64,000 bases of DNA from Takakia lepidozioides. Lineage: Eukaryota; Plantae; Bryophyta. The stretch is taken from contig CM060731.1 of assembly GCA_030704615.1 (NCBI GenBank), forward strand, positions 80,848,001 through 80,912,000. Reading direction: 5' to 3'. The translations under genes and the position numbers were made by a program. Below, piece after piece: positions 63,621 to 64,000 of this stretch. The notes below the pieces were generated by a model. It was given only the letters and a program-made list of their open reading frames with translations, did not search any database and was not told the origin of the DNA. The first letter of the stretch is position 1. Each line of letters opens with the position of its first letter.

Positions 63621-64000
63621 TTTTCGGCCAGAATCCCTCAAACAGATGAATACACTCGAGAGCTTCTGGAATTGCCTTATCCAGCTCGGCGAGAATGTTT
63701 CCCTAGTACTGCTCAAATTGTTCCATTCGACCTCTGTAATGATCGTCAAGCATCATTCCTTTCGTCCCAAAAATCCCTATATTTTTTTATTCCATTCTTA
63801 ATGAATGACTGTTTTTCGAAGGAGTTGTCCCCGACTCCCCAGATAGGTCTCCTTGGAACGGCGTCTGGGTCTCCTTCAGGGAGCTTGGGAGTCCCGTCAG
63901 GATTGGACTTCCATATCTTCACGCTATTGTTTGTTGGAAGCCAATCCGAATCAGTAGCGGACTTCTTGTACTTCATGACGGGCCAGTCCTCCGCATCCTT
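63620..64000 (-). mobile_element. Fragment of the unidentified repeated coding sequence, truncating copy 3
   Basis: WPVMKYKKSATDSDWLP..FIKNGIKKYRDFW. Homologous to 33440-33660. Confidence 0.5.

Overview
Eukaryotic, plant-type genomic DNA (probably a non-seed land plant; this is inferred, not shown). It holds three host genes: a single-exon uncharacterised gene on - (22296-22835), a 13-exon NAP1 gene on + (24033-30808, ending in the CKQQ CaaX motif) and an 18-exon isoamylase ISA1 gene on - (47703-57763). Around them are degraded transposable elements: a chromovirus fragment, several LINE fragments, a hAT transposon with palindromic subterminal arrays, nested TA-flanked MITE-like elements and a 2.6-kb TIR element. 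The main result is a Ty3/gypsy family present in three partial copies (about 2433-19837, 11534-13376 and 60279-63620). Its polyprotein order is Gag-protease-DNMT3-like cytosine methyltransferase-RT-RNase H-integrase-PHD finger, with a TAG-CAA-CCA readthrough-type stop between DNMT and RT in both copies that retain it. It appears to be self-primed. Its terminal repeats are circularly permuted (B-internal-PPT-A-B-A, 4-bp TSD), as expected if a 2-LTR circle integrates through a GACA-GT-TGTC site inside the LTR. Several kb-scale inversions scramble these elements. All alignments were done by eye, and mechanisms are inferences.
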